Counted from the first letter of the stretch, positions 20,517 through 31,533 are shown. The stretch is 64,000 nt of DNA from Lachnospiraceae bacterium (GCA_051878875.1 JBJEKY010000034.1:714-64713); one strand, 5' to 3'. Translations and numbers: made by a program. Notes: generated from the sequence alone by a model not told the origin.

Positions 20517-21677
20517 CTACTGTTCTTTCCTGGCAGCTTCTGCCACATACTGTGCAACGGTTGATGCCACCCTCTTATCGAAAGCAGAGGGAATAATATA
20601 TTCTTCATTCCTGTCTTCATCTGACACCAGGCTGGCAATGGCTCTGGCAGCCGCCAGCTTCATGTCATAGGTGATATTTCTTGCCCTCGCATCCAAAGCT
20701 CCACGGAATAGTCCCGGGAAACAAAGCACATTATTGATCTGGTTCGGGTAGTCACTGCGTCCGGTTCCAATGACCCGGACGCCTGCCTCTTTGGCATCTT
20801 CGTATGTGATCTCCGGATTAGGATTCGCCATGGCAAAACAAACCGCATCCTTCGCCATGGTTTTGGCCATTTCCACCGTCAGAACTCCCGGTGCGGACAC
20901 TCCGATAAATACATCTGCTCCCACAATAGCATCTTTTAATAAACCTGTTTCATTATTTGGATTGGTGATTTCTGCGATCTTTGCAAGATGCTGCGGCATA
21001 CCTTCTTTTCCACGGTACAACACGCCATCTTTATCGCAAACCACCAGGTTCTTTACCCCTGCATGCAGTAACATTCTGCAAATGGCTCCTCCTGCGCTGC
21101 CTGCGCCGTTCAATACCAGTTTGATCTTGTCAATGTCCTTATTTACCACCTTCAGAGCATTCAAAAGCGCTGCCGTGACCACAATGGCAGTTCCATGCTG
21201 ATCATCATGAAATACCGGAATATCCAGTTCCTCTTCCAGACGGCGTTCAATTTCCAGGCAACGTGGCGCACTGATATCTTCCAGATTAATACCGCCAAAC
21301 ACCGGAGCGATCTGTTTTACTGCCTTAATGATCTCTTCCGTGTCTGTAGTATCCAGACAAATGGGAAAAGCATCCACCCCTGCAAATTCCTTAAACAGGA
21401 TGGCTTTTCCTTCCATTACCGGAATGGCTGCCTTAGCTCCGATATTTCCAAGCCCCAGAACTGCGGTTCCGTCGCTGACCACAGCCACCATATTTCCCTT
21501 GCAGGTATAGGTATATACATCTTCCGGATTCTTTGCAATCTCCAGACAGGGCTGTGCAACACCCGGTGTGTAAGCCGTACTTAAGGCATCACGGTCTTTC
21601 ACCTCTACCTTACTCCTTACTTCCAGCTTTCCCTTATTTTCTTTGTGCATGATCAATGCCGCTTCTTTGTAATCCAT
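20517..21677 (-). CDS. NAD(P)-dependent malic enzyme
   Basis: AYTPGVA, DGTAVLGLG, NLEDISAPRC, FHDDQHGTA, GAGSAG, TGRSDYPNQINN. Confidence 0.95.
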   Translation of the reverse strand: MDYKEAALIMHKENKGKLEVRSKVEVKDRDALSTAYTPGVAQPCLEIAKNPEDVYTYTCKGNMVAVVSDGTAVLGLGNIGAKAAIPVMEGKAILFKEFAGVDAFPICLDTTDTEEIIKAVKQIAPVFGGINLEDISAPRCLEIERRLEEELDIPVFHDDQHGTAIVVTAALLNALKVVNKDIDKIKLVLNGAGSAGGAICRMLLHAGVKNLVVCDKDGVLYRGKEGMPQHLAKIAEITNPNNETGLLKDAIVGADVFIGVSAPGVLTVEMAKTMAKDAVCFAMANPNPEITYEDAKEAGVRVIGTGRSDYPNQINNVLCFPGLFRGALDARARNITYDMKLAAARAIASLVSDEDRNEEYIIPSAFDKRVASTVAQYVAEAARKEQ

Positions 21678-22375
21678 TATTTTTCTCCTTTGATCAAATC
21701 TTTTATCACCTCAGATGCAATCATGAGGCCTGCCACGGAAGGGCAAAAAGCAATGCTGGCAGGAGTCCGTTTGTCCTCCATACCGCTTTTTTGGGGCTCT
21801 TCCCTGGAATATACTACTTTTACGTTTCGGATGCCCCGTTTTTTTAATTCGCGACGCATCACTTTCGCCAATGGACAGACGGAGGTTTTCTCAATATCAG
21901 CCACTTCAAACATTCCCGGATTGAGTTTGTTTCCCGTTCCCATACTACTGATCACAGGTACGCCCGCTTCTTTGGCACACTCGATCAGGGCAAGCTTTGC
22001 GGTCACCGTATCAACGGCATCCACCACATAATCAAATCCGGAAAAATCAAATTCATCCCTGGTTTCAGGCAGAAAAAAGAGATCTTTCATGTCAATCTCC
22101 GCCTCCGGAACGATGCTTCGGATCCGAAGCGCCATGGCTACGGTTTTCTTCATTCCCACAGTATCATGGGTTGCAATGATCTGGCGGTTTAAATTCGACA
22201 TGGCCACTTCATCGTTGTCTACAAGGCAGAACTTCTGAATACCGGATCTTGCCAGTGCTTCACACACATAGCCTCCTACTCCGCCCAGTCCAAACACAGC
22301 CACCCGCTTTGTTTTTAAGGTTTCCACCGCATCCTCTCCTATAAGTGCTGCGGTTCGGATATATTGTTCTTCCAT
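21677..22375 (-). CDS. tcdA: tRNA threonylcarbamoyladenosine dehydratase (ThiF/E1-like)
   Basis: GLGGVGG, SNLNRQ, DAVDTVTAK, SSMGTGNK, TSVCPLAKVMR. Confidence 0.85.
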   Translation of the reverse strand: MEEQYIRTAALIGEDAVETLKTKRVAVFGLGGVGGYVCEALARSGIQKFCLVDNDEVAMSNLNRQIIATHDTVGMKKTVAMALRIRSIVPEAEIDMKDLFFLPETRDEFDFSGFDYVVDAVDTVTAKLALIECAKEAGVPVISSMGTGNKLNPGMFEVADIEKTSVCPLAKVMRRELKKRGIRNVKVVYSREEPQKSGMEDKRTPASIAFCPSVAGLMIASEVIKDLIKGEK

Positions 22376-22498
22376 TTTCCAACCTCCTTCCCTCTTGTCT
22401 TCTTATCCATTATATAAATCATTTGACGCAAAAACAAGATATTTGATATGATAGGAAAAGCGAAATAATGAATAGGAGTTACGAAAGAAGGTTGTTTT

Positions 22499-23644
22499 AT
22501 GAATAAAAAAGAAATCGCAGAACTGCGCAAACAGTATACTCCGGAACGCAGCACCATAGACCGTATCTGTGGCTGCTACGTGGATGGAGAAAAGAACATT
22601 AAATTTAAAATGAAGCAGGCATTCTTTTCCCTGCCCTCCGAGGAAGAATTCAAATACTTTGAATTGTTAAAGAAAACCATGTCCGGTTCCATCGGTACCA
22701 ATTTGTTCTCCATGGAGTTTCCTCTTGAGTCAGAAGAACCCGGAGGAACCCAGGAGTTCCTCTATCGTCTTCGGGAAAGCAAGCTTAATAGCGATAATCT
22801 CCTGGATGAGTTCTATGACAAAGTCATCGCCAATTACGACTATGGAGAAAATTATTATATTATCCTGATCCATAGTGCTTATGACGTTCCCGGACGTTCC
22901 ACTGACGGCACGGAAATGGAGGATGCCTCTGATACGGTATTTGATTATATCCACTGTGCCATCTGCCCGGTAAGTCTTTCGAAAGCGGCCCTTGGTTACA
23001 ATATGGAGACCAATACCATGGGTGAACGGATCCGTGACTGGGTCGTAGATATGCCTGCCACCGGTTTTGTATTTCCCGCCTTCAATGACCGGGCTACAGA
23101 TTTACATAGCGTGTTGTATTATAGCAAAAATCCCAAAAATATCCATGCTGAGTTTATTGATGGAGTTTTAGGCAGTTACGAAGCCCAGTCTTCTGTCCAT
23201 CAGAAAGAAGCCTTCCAGAATCTGGTGGTGGAAACTCTGGAAGAGGACTGTGATTTTGAAGTCATTAAGAATATCCATGAGAACATCCATGAGCTTGTAG
23301 AATTAAACCAGGATAACCCGGATCCGGTTGTTTTGACGAAAGATGAAATGAAACAGATATTTTATGACAGCGGCGCTTCCGACGAAAAAATGGAATCCTT
23401 TGATCTGGAATATGATTCCTGTGCCGGAGATGATGCCAAGCTGCTGGCTACCAATATTTCCAGCCCCAGAAAGTTCTCCATCGAAACCCCGGACGTGGTG
23501 ATCAAAGTCAATCCCGCCCGCCTGGACCTAATAGAAACCAAAATTGTAGACGGCAGACAATGTCTGGTAATCGCCGTGGATTCTCACATGCAGGTAAATG
23601 GAGTTGACATCAAGACCTTCGCCGGAGTAAACCTAGACGATTAA
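22499..23644 (+). CDS. DUF4317-like conserved hypothetical protein
   Basis: MNKKEIAELRKQ...RICGCYVDGEK...YDVPG...CAICPV...FPAFNDR; matches a Clostridia family recalled as DUF4317. Confidence 0.75.
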   Translation: MNKKEIAELRKQYTPERSTIDRICGCYVDGEKNIKFKMKQAFFSLPSEEEFKYFELLKKTMSGSIGTNLFSMEFPLESEEPGGTQEFLYRLRESKLNSDNLLDEFYDKVIANYDYGENYYIILIHSAYDVPGRSTDGTEMEDASDTVFDYIHCAICPVSLSKAALGYNMETNTMGERIRDWVVDMPATGFVFPAFNDRATDLHSVLYYSKNPKNIHAEFIDGVLGSYEAQSSVHQKEAFQNLVVETLEEDCDFEVIKNIHENIHELVELNQDNPDPVVLTKDEMKQIFYDSGASDEKMESFDLEYDSCAGDDAKLLATNISSPRKFSIETPDVVIKVNPARLDLIETKIVDGRQCLVIAVDSHMQVNGVDIKTFAGVNLDD

Positions 23645-23647
23645 ATA

Positions 23648-23721
23648 AATACACAAAAAAGATTGTTCGAATGATTTTTGCGCCTGCGCAAACTAATGAG
23701 AACAATCTTTTTTTGTGTATT
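23648..23721. repeat. Long inverted repeat (hairpin 1), possible bidirectional terminator or REP-like element
   Basis: AATACACAAAAAAGATTGTTC...TTTGCG-CCTG-CGCAAA...GAACAATCTTTTTTTGTGTATT. Confidence 0.75.
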
Positions 23722-23741
23722 ATTATCTTCTATTTAAACGC

Positions 23742-23789
23742 CAAATATCATGCCAACTGCTCCTAGACTACAGTTTGACATGATATTTG
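23742..23789. repeat. Second long inverted repeat (hairpin 2)
   Basis: CAAATATCATGCCAACTG-N11-CAGTTTGACATGATATTTG, near-perfect complementarity. Confidence 0.7.
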
Positions 23790-23853
23790 TCCACGTTAAT
23801 ACATATAAAAAATATAAGGGAGGGAGTAATACTATATAGACGCCTTACCGTAC

Positions 23854-25056
23854 CTAGATCATACTGATCAGGTTGAAGATCCAGTTTGTGGCAATTCCTG
23901 CACACAGACCTCCAACGGTATGGCTGATAATTGCTTTTCCTGTTAACTCACGGCAGTTTAAACCATCCATCATGGCTACGTGAGTACTTAAATAACCGCT
24001 CCAGCACATGCTCATTGCAGTAAACACGGCGATATCATGTGCATTTGCTATACCGGTCTGGATCATATTCGGGATAAGACCGATCGCTGCTCCTGCTGCT
24101 CCAAGTGCTGTGATTGGCACTGCAATACAGGAAGAACTGGTAAATCCAAACAACGGCTTCAAAATAAAATTCAATTTCTCGCCAATAGCCGGCAGTAATC
24201 CGATTCCTTCATATGCAGCTCCGGTATACACACCGCCGTCTCCCGCTCCGTTGGTAAGGATCATAACAATGGTACAAATGATCAATACACCCGGGATAAT
24301 AGCAAAACCAACTTCCACACCGGATTTTCCTCCGGTCAGCATCGCATTTAAGAAACGCTCTCCTATACCACCTTCACTGATCCTGCGAGTATCACTTTCT
24401 TTTTCCTGCTCATTGGAATTATGAGGAATCACCCACTCATCCTTACCATAGATCTTGGAAGTAAAATGAAGCATAAGTCTTGTACTTACTAAACTTCCGA
24501 TCACTGCACCCAGATTTCCGATCAGGGCAGGTCCCACGAAGCTTTCTCCATTCGGAGACTTGATACCCATCATATAGGCCGTAATAATAAGACCCATTCC
24601 AAATGCAGTTCCCAGATTGGTCAATGCCGGAAGCTGATATTTCTTAAAATATTTCTTGAACTCATTATCACTTGCCAGTGTTAAGATTGCCGGATTATCC
24701 GAAAGATAGGTCGTAACGATACCAAGTGAAGCTGCTCCGGGAAGTCCCCATACCGGTTTCATGATAACCGCTAATACCTTGTTCAAAAGGGAAACTACTC
24801 CAAACTCCGAAAACAGGGCAGAAATCGCACCTGCCAGCACTGCGATCGCCATAATGTAGAACACGGTATTGATCAAAAGATCAAACGCAGTATTCATCAT
24901 GGTGTTCAACATGTTAATGGCACCCATAACTCTTCCGATCGAAATGAAGAATGCCAAAAACAAAGCGATAAAAACAAATCCCTCAACACTCACCGCCGGT
25001 TTTGTCAACGGCTGTCCTGCCGGTCTTTCCGGCTTTTCCTTTTTTCCAAACTTCAT
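23854..25056 (-). CDS. Multi-pass membrane protein (CD0519/CD1768-like, putative transporter)
   Basis: About 10 hydrophobic segments; YLSDNPAI, LTNLGTAFGMG, CWSGYLSTH. Start moved to ATG 25056 (RBS AGGAG). Confidence 0.75.
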   Translation of the reverse strand: MKFGKKEKPERPAGQPLTKPAVSVEGFVFIALFLAFFISIGRVMGAINMLNTMMNTAFDLLINTVFYIMAIAVLAGAISALFSEFGVVSLLNKVLAVIMKPVWGLPGAASLGIVTTYLSDNPAILTLASDNEFKKYFKKYQLPALTNLGTAFGMGLIITAYMMGIKSPNGESFVGPALIGNLGAVIGSLVSTRLMLHFTSKIYGKDEWVIPHNSNEQEKESDTRRISEGGIGERFLNAMLTGGKSGVEVGFAIIPGVLIICTIVMILTNGAGDGGVYTGAAYEGIGLLPAIGEKLNFILKPLFGFTSSSCIAVPITALGAAGAAIGLIPNMIQTGIANAHDIAVFTAMSMCWSGYLSTHVAMMDGLNCRELTGKAIISHTVGGLCAGIATNWIFNLISMI

Positions 25057-25195
25057 ATGTTTCTCTCCTGCCTCATGCTTTGTCGTTTTGTTTACGTGTC
25101 TCACTTTTTCGAAGTATAGCACTACCATATTGCTTTGTCTATAGTGTAACCCATGCAGAAATCACATGATAGAAATGAAAAAAATCTGTCATGAC

Positions 25196-25236
25196 AAAAT
25201 GAAATAACAGAGCACAGTGATACTGCACTCTGTTAT
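25196..25236 (-). terminator. Intrinsic terminator after copA
   Basis: Minus strand ATAACAGAGTGCAGT-ATC-ACTGTGCTCTGTTAT-TTCATTTT; pairs fully (with G-U) only on the minus strand. Confidence 0.8.
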
Positions 25237-25262
25237 ACTCCCCAATTGAGAAAAAAGTCTTC

Positions 25263-27848
25263 TTAAGCTGTTTTCTCTCGTTCATGAATGATCTGTGTAA
25301 CCTTATAACCGGCTTCTTCCACTGCCTTTACCAGTTCCTCGTCCGACACGGTTCCTTCGATCACTGCCTGTCCTTCCTCCAGACTCACACTCGCCTCAAT
25401 ACCTTCCAGTTTGTTCAGTGCTTCTGTTACATGTGCCACACAGTGCGGGCACATCATCCCGCTGATCTTTACTGTTGTCATATTCTCATTCTCCTTTTCT
25501 TTATTCTTCCATGCAGAAACGGTATCTTGCGTTCCTTTCCCGGAAGAGACCACTTCTTTCTGATCCCGGCTCTGAAACAGCTTTAACCGTAATGCATTAC
25601 TCACCACAAATACACTGGAAAATCCCATTGCCGCCGCTGCAAACATGGGGCTTAGTTTCACTCCCCATATCGGGTACAACGCTCCTGCCGCAAGGGGAAT
25701 CCCCAACGAATTGTAAAAAAACGCCCAAAAAAGATTCTGCTTGATGTTGCGTATCACTGCCCTGCTTAAGGAAATGGCTGTTGCCACATCCCGAAGGTCG
25801 TTTCGCATCAGGATCACATCTGCACTTTCCACCGCCACATCTGTTCCTGAACCAATGGCAATTCCCACATCCGCACGCACCAATGCAGGAGCATCATTAA
25901 TACCGTCTCCCACCATGGCCACGGTGCCGTTTCGTTTTAGGCTGCTCACCACCTGTTCCTTATCCTGAGGCAACACCTGAGCAATGATTTCGTCAAGTTC
26001 CAGTTGCTTTCCGATACCACGGGCTGTTTTCTCATTGTCTCCCGTCAGCATGACCACCCGGACCCCCATGTCTTTTAGCCGTCTGACAGCTTCTTTACTG
26101 GTTGGCTTTATCGTATCAGCCACTCCGATGATTCCTAACATGCTCCTGCTGTTGGCAAAAAACAATGGCGTTCTTCCTTCCTCGGCAATCTGCATGGCTC
26201 TTTCCCCGTAATGTTCCAAAGAAATCCCCTGCTCCTTCAAATACAAGGCATTTCCGGCAAAATAGGATTCTCCCTGTATCTTTGCCGTTACTCCCTGTCC
26301 GGGAACTGCCAGAAAACTGTCAGCCTCTTCAACCGGGATCTGTTGCATCCTCGCATATCCCACTACAGCCTGTGCCAGGGGATGTTCACTCTTTTCTTCC
26401 AGTGCAGCTGCGATTTTAATAAATTCCTGCTTACTTAAATCCGTGTACACATCGGTCACCACCGGTTTTCCTTCGGTAATGGTTCCCGTTTTATCCAAAA
26501 CCACAGTATCAACACTATGGGCAATTTCCAACGCTTCGCCGGATTTGATCAAAATGCCGTTCTCCGCACCCTTTCCGGTTCCCACCATAATAGCCACCGG
26601 TGTAGCAAGTCCCAGTGCGCATGGACAGGAGATCACCAGTACGGAGATCGCCATGTTCATAGCCAGTTCCATGGAATTACCGGTAAGAAGCCACACAGCC
26701 ATGGTCAGTAACGCAATGATGATCACCACCGGAACGAAAATTCCTGCGATCTTATCTGCAAGCCTGGCAATCGGTGCTTTACTGGCAGATGCCTCCTCTA
26801 CCAGACGTATGATCCCCGCAATGGTCGTATCTTCTCCTACTTTAGTTGCCCTTACCTTTACGGTTCCGGTCTGATTCATGGTTGCGGAAATCACCCGGTC
26901 TCCCGGTTGTTTGGGAACCGGAATGCTCTCTCCTGTTACTGAGGACTCATCAAAAGATGAACTTCCCTCCTCAACAACACCATCCACTGCCGCTGCTTCA
27001 CCGGGGCGCAAAAGGATCAGATCCTGAATCTGCACCTCTTCTGCATCTACTTTAACTTCTTTTCCATCGCGGATAACCGTTACCACTCTGGGGGTAAGGT
27101 TCATAAGACGGGTAATGGCTTCGCTGGTCTTACCTTTGGATCTGGTTTCAAAATATTTTCCCAACGTGATCAGCGTAAGGATCATTCCTGCTGATTCGAA
27201 ATAAAGATCCTTACGATAATCGGCAAGCAGTCCGATATTTCCATGTCCCGCAGCATAGCCCATACGAAACAACATTAAAATACCATACAGCATGGACGCC
27301 GCCGAACCAATGGCAATAAGGCTGTCCATGTTGGGATTGGCCTTAAACAACGTTTTAAACCCCACCTGATAATATTTCCGATTCACATACAAAATGGGTA
27401 GCACCAGTAAAAACTGGATCAGGGCATAGTTTACGGCATTTTCCGCTCCCATCAGATACTTCATTTCCCATTCCGGCATAGGTATTCCCAGCCAATGATA
27501 GATCATGTGACCCATGGCGATATACATTAAGGGGATCAGGAATAAAAAGGATATCACAAGTCTCTTTCTCATCCCTTCCAGTGCTTTTTCTGTCTGCTTT
27601 TGAATGGAGTTTTCCCGCATTGTTTCCTTCTTTTTCCCTTCTGCAAGACTTGCCCCGTATCCGGCCGCTTCTACCGCTTTCTCTATGGTGTCAGGATCCG
27701 TAATCGTCTCCTCATAATCCACCTGCATACTGTTGGTCAGCAGATTTACGCTGACAGCCTTTACTCCCTCCACCTGTGAAACACTTTTTTCCACATGGGA
27801 AGAGCAGGCAGAACAAGTCATTCCCGTGACATTAAAATTCTTCTTCAT
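25263..27848 (-). CDS. copA: Copper-translocating P1B-type ATPase with N- and C-terminal HMA domains
   Basis: GMTCSAC, TGES, CPCALGLATP, DKTGT, HP, GDGINDAP, YN/MxxSS copper motifs, C-terminal GMMCPHC. Confidence 0.95.
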   Translation of the reverse strand: MKKNFNVTGMTCSACSSHVEKSVSQVEGVKAVSVNLLTNSMQVDYEETITDPDTIEKAVEAAGYGASLAEGKKKETMRENSIQKQTEKALEGMRKRLVISFLFLIPLMYIAMGHMIYHWLGIPMPEWEMKYLMGAENAVNYALIQFLLVLPILYVNRKYYQVGFKTLFKANPNMDSLIAIGSAASMLYGILMLFRMGYAAGHGNIGLLADYRKDLYFESAGMILTLITLGKYFETRSKGKTSEAITRLMNLTPRVVTVIRDGKEVKVDAEEVQIQDLILLRPGEAAAVDGVVEEGSSSFDESSVTGESIPVPKQPGDRVISATMNQTGTVKVRATKVGEDTTIAGIIRLVEEASASKAPIARLADKIAGIFVPVVIIIALLTMAVWLLTGNSMELAMNMAISVLVISCPCALGLATPVAIMVGTGKGAENGILIKSGEALEIAHSVDTVVLDKTGTITEGKPVVTDVYTDLSKQEFIKIAAALEEKSEHPLAQAVVGYARMQQIPVEEADSFLAVPGQGVTAKIQGESYFAGNALYLKEQGISLEHYGERAMQIAEEGRTPLFFANSRSMLGIIGVADTIKPTSKEAVRRLKDMGVRVVMLTGDNEKTARGIGKQLELDEIIAQVLPQDKEQVVSSLKRNGTVAMVGDGINDAPALVRADVGIAIGSGTDVAVESADVILMRNDLRDVATAISLSRAVIRNIKQNLFWAFFYNSLGIPLAAGALYPIWGVKLSPMFAAAAMGFSSVFVVSNALRLKLFQSRDQKEVVSSGKGTQDTVSAWKNKEKENENMTTVKISGMMCPHCVAHVTEALNKLEGIEASVSLEEGQAVIEGTVSDEELVKAVEEAGYKVTQIIHEREKTA

Positions 27849-27861
27849 GTTTTTTCTCCGT

Positions 27862-28173
27862 CTATTTCATCTGCTTTTTCACAAGCTCACAAAGTTCATT
27901 TACTGCCTCTTCATTTCCCTGCTTCACATCTTCTACCACGCAGGTTTTGATATGTCGTACCATCAGTTCCTTGCAAAATCCGTTGATAGCTGACTGTACC
28001 GCAGAAACCTGAGTGAGAACATCCACGCAGTATCGATCCTCTTCCACCATAGCTTTCACTCCGCGGATCTGCCCCTCGATCCGGTTTAAACGATTGATCA
28101 GGTCTTTCTTCTCTGCTTCTTCCCTATGTTTATACCGGGGATCCGTAGTTTTAGTATGGCATTTACAATCCAT
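27862..28173 (-). CDS. csoR: Copper-sensing repressor CsoR family
   Basis: RLNRIEGQIRG, YCVDVLTQ, HIKTC (C-H-C ligands); directly upstream of copA. Confidence 0.92.
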   Translation of the reverse strand: MDCKCHTKTTDPRYKHREEAEKKDLINRLNRIEGQIRGVKAMVEEDRYCVDVLTQVSAVQSAINGFCKELMVRHIKTCVVEDVKQGNEEAVNELCELVKKQMK

Positions 28174-28194
28174 CGTATTCGCTCCTCACTTTCT

Positions 28195-28217
28195 AATATA
28201 CCCCCTGGGGGTATATT
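28195..28217. promoter_or_regulatory. CsoR operator
   Basis: Perfect palindrome AATATACCCCC-T-GGGGGTATATT immediately downstream of the -10 box; matches the known CsoR TACC...GGTA C/G-tract operator. Confidence 0.9.
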
Positions 28218-28218
28218 C

Positions 28219-28247
28219 ATCATACTTCTCATTCCTCTCTTTGTCAA
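28219..28247 (-). promoter_or_regulatory. sigma-A promoter of csoR-copA
   Basis: TTGACA-N17-TATGAT. Confidence 0.85.
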
Positions 28248-28295
28248 CCGAATTTTTTCAAAACCATCTGCGTATACTTCCTCCGGCAGACCATG

Positions 28296-28338
28296 AAAAA
28301 GCTGTCGGGAAGATTTCTCTTACCCGACAGCAGTTTTT
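28296..28338. terminator. Terminator after the MCP gene
   Basis: GCTGTCGGG...CCCGACAGC stem flanked by A5 and T5 tracts. Confidence 0.8.
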
Positions 28339-28362
28339 ATCCTATATTTTTTGTTAAACAGA

Positions 28363-30090
28363 TTATTCTAATTTAAACCGGTTTACTTCCTGATTCAACT
28401 GATTTGCAATACCCATATTGGAATCTGCTTCCTTTCCAATGTCTCCAATACTTCCGGCAAGATTCACACTGGTTTCCGTTACATTGGTGACACCATGTGT
28501 GCTTTCTTCCACTGCAATATTAACGGCAGAAATAGATTCCTTGATGTTATCAATGTTTGTTTTAAGCTGAGCACTTTCTGAAGCGAATTCAGACATCATC
28601 CGGTTCATGCTTTCCACATCGCTCTCATAACTGTCACTGGTTTCGATCAATCTCTGATATCCCGCCATAGCGGTCTCATCCATAAAGCGAACCATGTTTT
28701 CTGCTTCCTTTGCCAGTTCATTTACGGTTTCGATCACTTCCGCACTCACCTGTCGGATCTCTGTTGCTGCTGCTGCGGAGTTCGTAGCAAGCTGTCCGAT
28801 CTCACCGGCTACTACTGCAAAGCCTTTACCGGCCTCGCCTGCTCTGGCTGCCTCTATACTGGCATTTAAGGATAACAGATTTGTCTGTTCTGTAATACTG
28901 ATAATATTGGTGGTCAATTCACTGATCTTTTCAACAGCCTTGGATTTTTCAATTTTATCCTGAATGGAAACAGCCATATCCGCCGCCAATGCCTTTGCCT
29001 CTTCCTGATCGGTAAGTGCTTTCTGATGGATCTGGGCTGCATTTTCCATGATCTGGTTGGAAGAAGTATGACCTTCGCCGGCTCTTTCCGAAATTGCTTC
29101 TACCGAATCATATATCTGGCCTACCGCTTCATTGATCTGATTTAAGGAAGCATTGGTTTCTTCCATAGCAGCACTCATTTCTTCCATGGTAGCAGACACA
29201 TCGGATATACTCATCTCTGCACTTTTCAGACTCTGCACCACACTCTGTGAAGATGCATCCAGAGAACTGGAATTTCCGGATATTGCAACCATAATGGTCC
29301 GGATATATTCTAACAGGGCATTCACATTATTTGCTATAAGCTCCATTTCATCACCGGAACGGATCTCCAGCTTCTGGGTAAGATCGCCTTCGTTATTCAC
29401 CAGATCATAAATCTTCTGATCAACCTGATTTAAACTCTTCATGATCGCTTTCATTACGACAGATAGCGCAATGATCGCAACCACAAGACAGATTCCTGCA
29501 ATCAGGATCACAGAATTTCGCACGGTTGTAACCCTGGCAATTACCGGATCCGCATCATAATCACATCCCAAAACGCCCACTACTTTACCGGCGCTGTTCT
29601 TAATGGGACGATAGGCTGAGATCAGATTTCCGTCCACTGTGGTATAGATATAATCCTGAACCAGATCCTGACCTGCAAACACATCTGCAAACTCCTCATA
29701 GGAAAATTCAAACTCATCTCCCACCTGACGCTGTCCGGAAGATTCGTCCGAATCCACACCATAATAGATCTTGTTGCCTTCCGCATACAAGGTATACAGG
29801 AATTTAATATTACAGCTTGCCTGAACGTCACGCAGCGATTTTAGCAGAGTCTGATATCCTTCCGATGATTCACAGCCCGGTGTGAGTTTTTCTACCAGGT
29901 CACCATCCACACTCTGCAATGCAAACGTAGATGCCATCTCCGCTTCTTCCACACCCATGGCAACCATGTTCTCTTTCATCTCACTACAGGAAATAAGACC
30001 CAAAACAAGACAGACCAGAATGATCAAGAAACTGGCAGGCAACAAAATTTTAGTACGAATACTCCTTTTTCTGACCTTTTGCTTTTTCAT
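28363..30090 (-). CDS. Methyl-accepting chemotaxis protein
   Basis: Two TM helices, HAMP (GDLT...DEM), [30 protein letters not shown]. Confidence 0.95.
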   Translation of the reverse strand: MKKQKVRKRSIRTKILLPASFLIILVCLVLGLISCSEMKENMVAMGVEEAEMASTFALQSVDGDLVEKLTPGCESSEGYQTLLKSLRDVQASCNIKFLYTLYAEGNKIYYGVDSDESSGQRQVGDEFEFSYEEFADVFAGQDLVQDYIYTTVDGNLISAYRPIKNSAGKVVGVLGCDYDADPVIARVTTVRNSVILIAGICLVVAIIALSVVMKAIMKSLNQVDQKIYDLVNNEGDLTQKLEIRSGDEMELIANNVNALLEYIRTIMVAISGNSSSLDASSQSVVQSLKSAEMSISDVSATMEEMSAAMEETNASLNQINEAVGQIYDSVEAISERAGEGHTSSNQIMENAAQIHQKALTDQEEAKALAADMAVSIQDKIEKSKAVEKISELTTNIISITEQTNLLSLNASIEAARAGEAGKGFAVVAGEIGQLATNSAAAATEIRQVSAEVIETVNELAKEAENMVRFMDETAMAGYQRLIETSDSYESDVESMNRMMSEFASESAQLKTNIDNIKESISAVNIAVEESTHGVTNVTETSVNLAGSIGDIGKEADSNMGIANQLNQEVNRFKLE

Positions 30091-30115
30091 GTGCTACCTC
30101 CTCCAAGTAATGTCC

Positions 30116-30142
30116 TTTTCGACACATTTCTACTTCATTTTA
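30116..30142 (-). promoter_or_regulatory. Putative sigma-28 (SigD/FliA) promoter of the MCP gene
   Basis: TAAA-N15-GTCGAAAA versus consensus TAAA-N15-GCCGATAA. Confidence 0.65.
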
Positions 30143-30231
30143 GGGTTTTTGGTCAGAATTTTCAAGGGATAAACCCTGTATTTTACAGAATTTTCATACT
30201 ATTTTCACATTCCTGTTTCGCTGTACTCATT

Positions 30232-31533
30232 TCAATAAAGATTGGCACTTTTCAACACTACCATTTTGTTTTTATTATAAATAGACTGGTAATCACTATA
30301 AGGGATCGGGCACCAGTGTTTTCCTACTTCAATGGTAATGGATGGTATTCCCTGCCCATACATCACATATTCCCGATAACAGCCATGTCCTGTAGAATTG
30401 TAGCCTCCTGCATCTTTGTATCCGGTAAGTTTACGGGCAAGCAGATACAGAGTCCGTACCTCCTTTTTGGTCGAAGCGCTACTTCCGGAATACTCGCCAA
30501 ATATGATCTCTCCCATGGCATGATAGTTGATCACTGCACAAAGATCCGTATTCTTTTTTAACGATTTTGTCAGACTCATCAGTGCCTGGGTTTCTTTTTC
30601 ACTACCCGCCTTTGCTCCGGTATATCCTTCCGGCCCCTTTTTTCCGCTGACCACAAATTTATAGGGATAATTTCGATTTAAATCCACACCTCTGGAATTT
30701 GCCTTCCAGCGTGCATACTTGGTCTGTGAAATATTCACTCCATCAGGGTTTGCCATCACAACATAATGGATCTGCATATCCTTTAATACTGTCGCCGGTT
30801 TTAATCCGTTAATGGTTTTATTATAATTTCGAAGATAGTATTCGATCTGTCTCATCAGTATAACGGTACAGGCATATTCCCTGCCGTGGATCGTACTTAC
30901 TACCAGCAATGTTTTGTCGGCATTCTGGTTTCCCACCACTACATCATAAAGATTCCTTCCCTGTGCAGTTGTTCCGATGACATCAACCCGACAGTAGCGG
31001 TCATAGGTTTTCTCCAACACGGAAAGATCTGCTTTCATATCGGTGTAGGAATACTTCTGCTTTGTGATTTTTACGATCTGGCGGTGATCAAAACTCACTT
31101 CCCGGGCTTCTCCCTGCTCTCCGGCCTCATTAAGCGGAACCACCTTATACGTATACTTCTTTCCGTAAGCATTGTTTTCATCCACGAACTTCAGTTCAGT
31201 GGTCTGTCCGATTTCTGTATAACTACTTCCTTTACGGTAGATTACATATGAGGTTGCACCCTCCACTGCATTCCAACATAGTTCCACCCTGGTATCGGAA
31301 AGTGCCGTGGTGTAGATTTTGGACATCTTGCCGACCGTTATATTTTCTTCCGGCTGTTCCGCCGTTCCTTCTCCGTCTGTTCCTTCTCCTTGCGTTCCTT
31401 CTCCGCCGGTTTCCTCTCCGGTGGTTTCTTCTCCAACCGGTTCCTCTGCGTATGCCACATTCGTTACGCCGACACCAAGCATAAGAGCCATCAGTAACAC
31501 CAATAAACTTTTTCTCATTTTTCTTTTCATCAT
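30232..31533 (-). CDS. Secreted M14 zinc carboxypeptidase (gamma-D-glutamyl-DAP peptidase-like) with FN3 domain
   Basis: Signal peptide, acidic GEG(T/E) linker, FN3-like segment, IHGREY, NPDG, GVDLNRNY, NYHAMG, TIEVG. Confidence 0.88.
   Translation of the reverse strand: MMKRKMRKSLLVLLMALMLGVGVTNVAYAEEPVGEETTGEETGGEGTQGEGTDGEGTAEQPEENITVGKMSKIYTTALSDTRVELCWNAVEGATSYVIYRKGSSYTEIGQTTELKFVDENNAYGKKYTYKVVPLNEAGEQGEAREVSFDHRQIVKITKQKYSYTDMKADLSVLEKTYDRYCRVDVIGTTAQGRNLYDVVVGNQNADKTLLVVSTIHGREYACTVILMRQIEYYLRNYNKTINGLKPATVLKDMQIHYVVMANPDGVNISQTKYARWKANSRGVDLNRNYPYKFVVSGKKGPEGYTGAKAGSEKETQALMSLTKSLKKNTDLCAVINYHAMGEIIFGEYSGSSASTKKEVRTLYLLARKLTGYKDAGGYNSTGHGCYREYVMYGQGIPSITIEVGKHWCPIPYSDYQSIYNKNKMVVLKSANLY

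Noticed and set aside
31360-31450. Approximately 15-bp degenerate repeats in the M14 peptidase gene
   Set aside because: They encode a low-complexity GEE(T)/GEG(T) linker; a protein-level feature only.
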